Shown here one piece after another: positions 32,839 to 32,850 of a stretch of DNA of 32,850 nucleotides. Within the stretch, counting starts at the first letter, position 1; each line of letters begins with the position of its first letter. The stretch is taken from the NCBI GenBank assembly GCA_045837725.1, contig JBEWZL010000057.1, positions 62,001 through 94,850 on the forward strand. The letters are read 5' to 3'. The notes beneath the pieces were generated by a model. The model was not told the origin of the DNA and ran no database searches. It saw only the letters and a program-made list of their open reading frames with translations. The position numbers and the translations under genes were made by a program. Source of the stretch: Vermamoeba vermiformis (Eukaryota).

Positions 32839-32850
32839 ACTTTTGTAAAT

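Noticed and set aside
1-32850. CRISPR arrays, rRNA, transposase/RT genes, terminal repeats, alternative genetic code
   Set aside because: None seen. TAA, TAG and TGA all serve as terminal stops, and the internal TGAs are resolved by frame change rather than readthrough.

Overview
Gene-dense, intron-rich eukaryotic (protist) genomic DNA. It is not prokaryotic: the supplied ORF track is mostly exon fragments and antisense shadows. Manual splicing with GT/GC-AG introns (mostly ~45-65 nt, donors GTACGT/GTAAGT/GTATGT, CTAAC/CTGAC/TTAAT-like branch sites close to the acceptor) resolves 14 protein genes plus one tRNA-Pro(TGG). In order: ESS2/DGCR14, a multi-copy partial-p25alpha protein, a degenerate Ras-BTB-BTB protein, a GOLGA7/ERF4-like membrane protein, an H1-tail-like + BAH protein, a Ras-like-PH-RhoGAP, a degenerate P-loop + PD-(D/E)xK nuclease-like (Crinkler-type) protein, an arrestin with a prion-like region and an ANKRD40-C-like domain, a mitochondrial PPR-like protein, a TKL kinase, a mitochondrial TPR protein, a nicotinamide-riboside-kinase/NMP-kinase fusion, an RSU1-like LRR protein and SMC5. 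The gene content suggests an amoebozoan-like organism (inference only). Highlights: the NRK-NMP kinase fusion, several unusual domain architectures, two to three GC-AG introns, and two clear plus two candidate +1 frameshifts, most simply explained as sequencing insertions. All family calls rest on motif recognition by eye; no database search was run.
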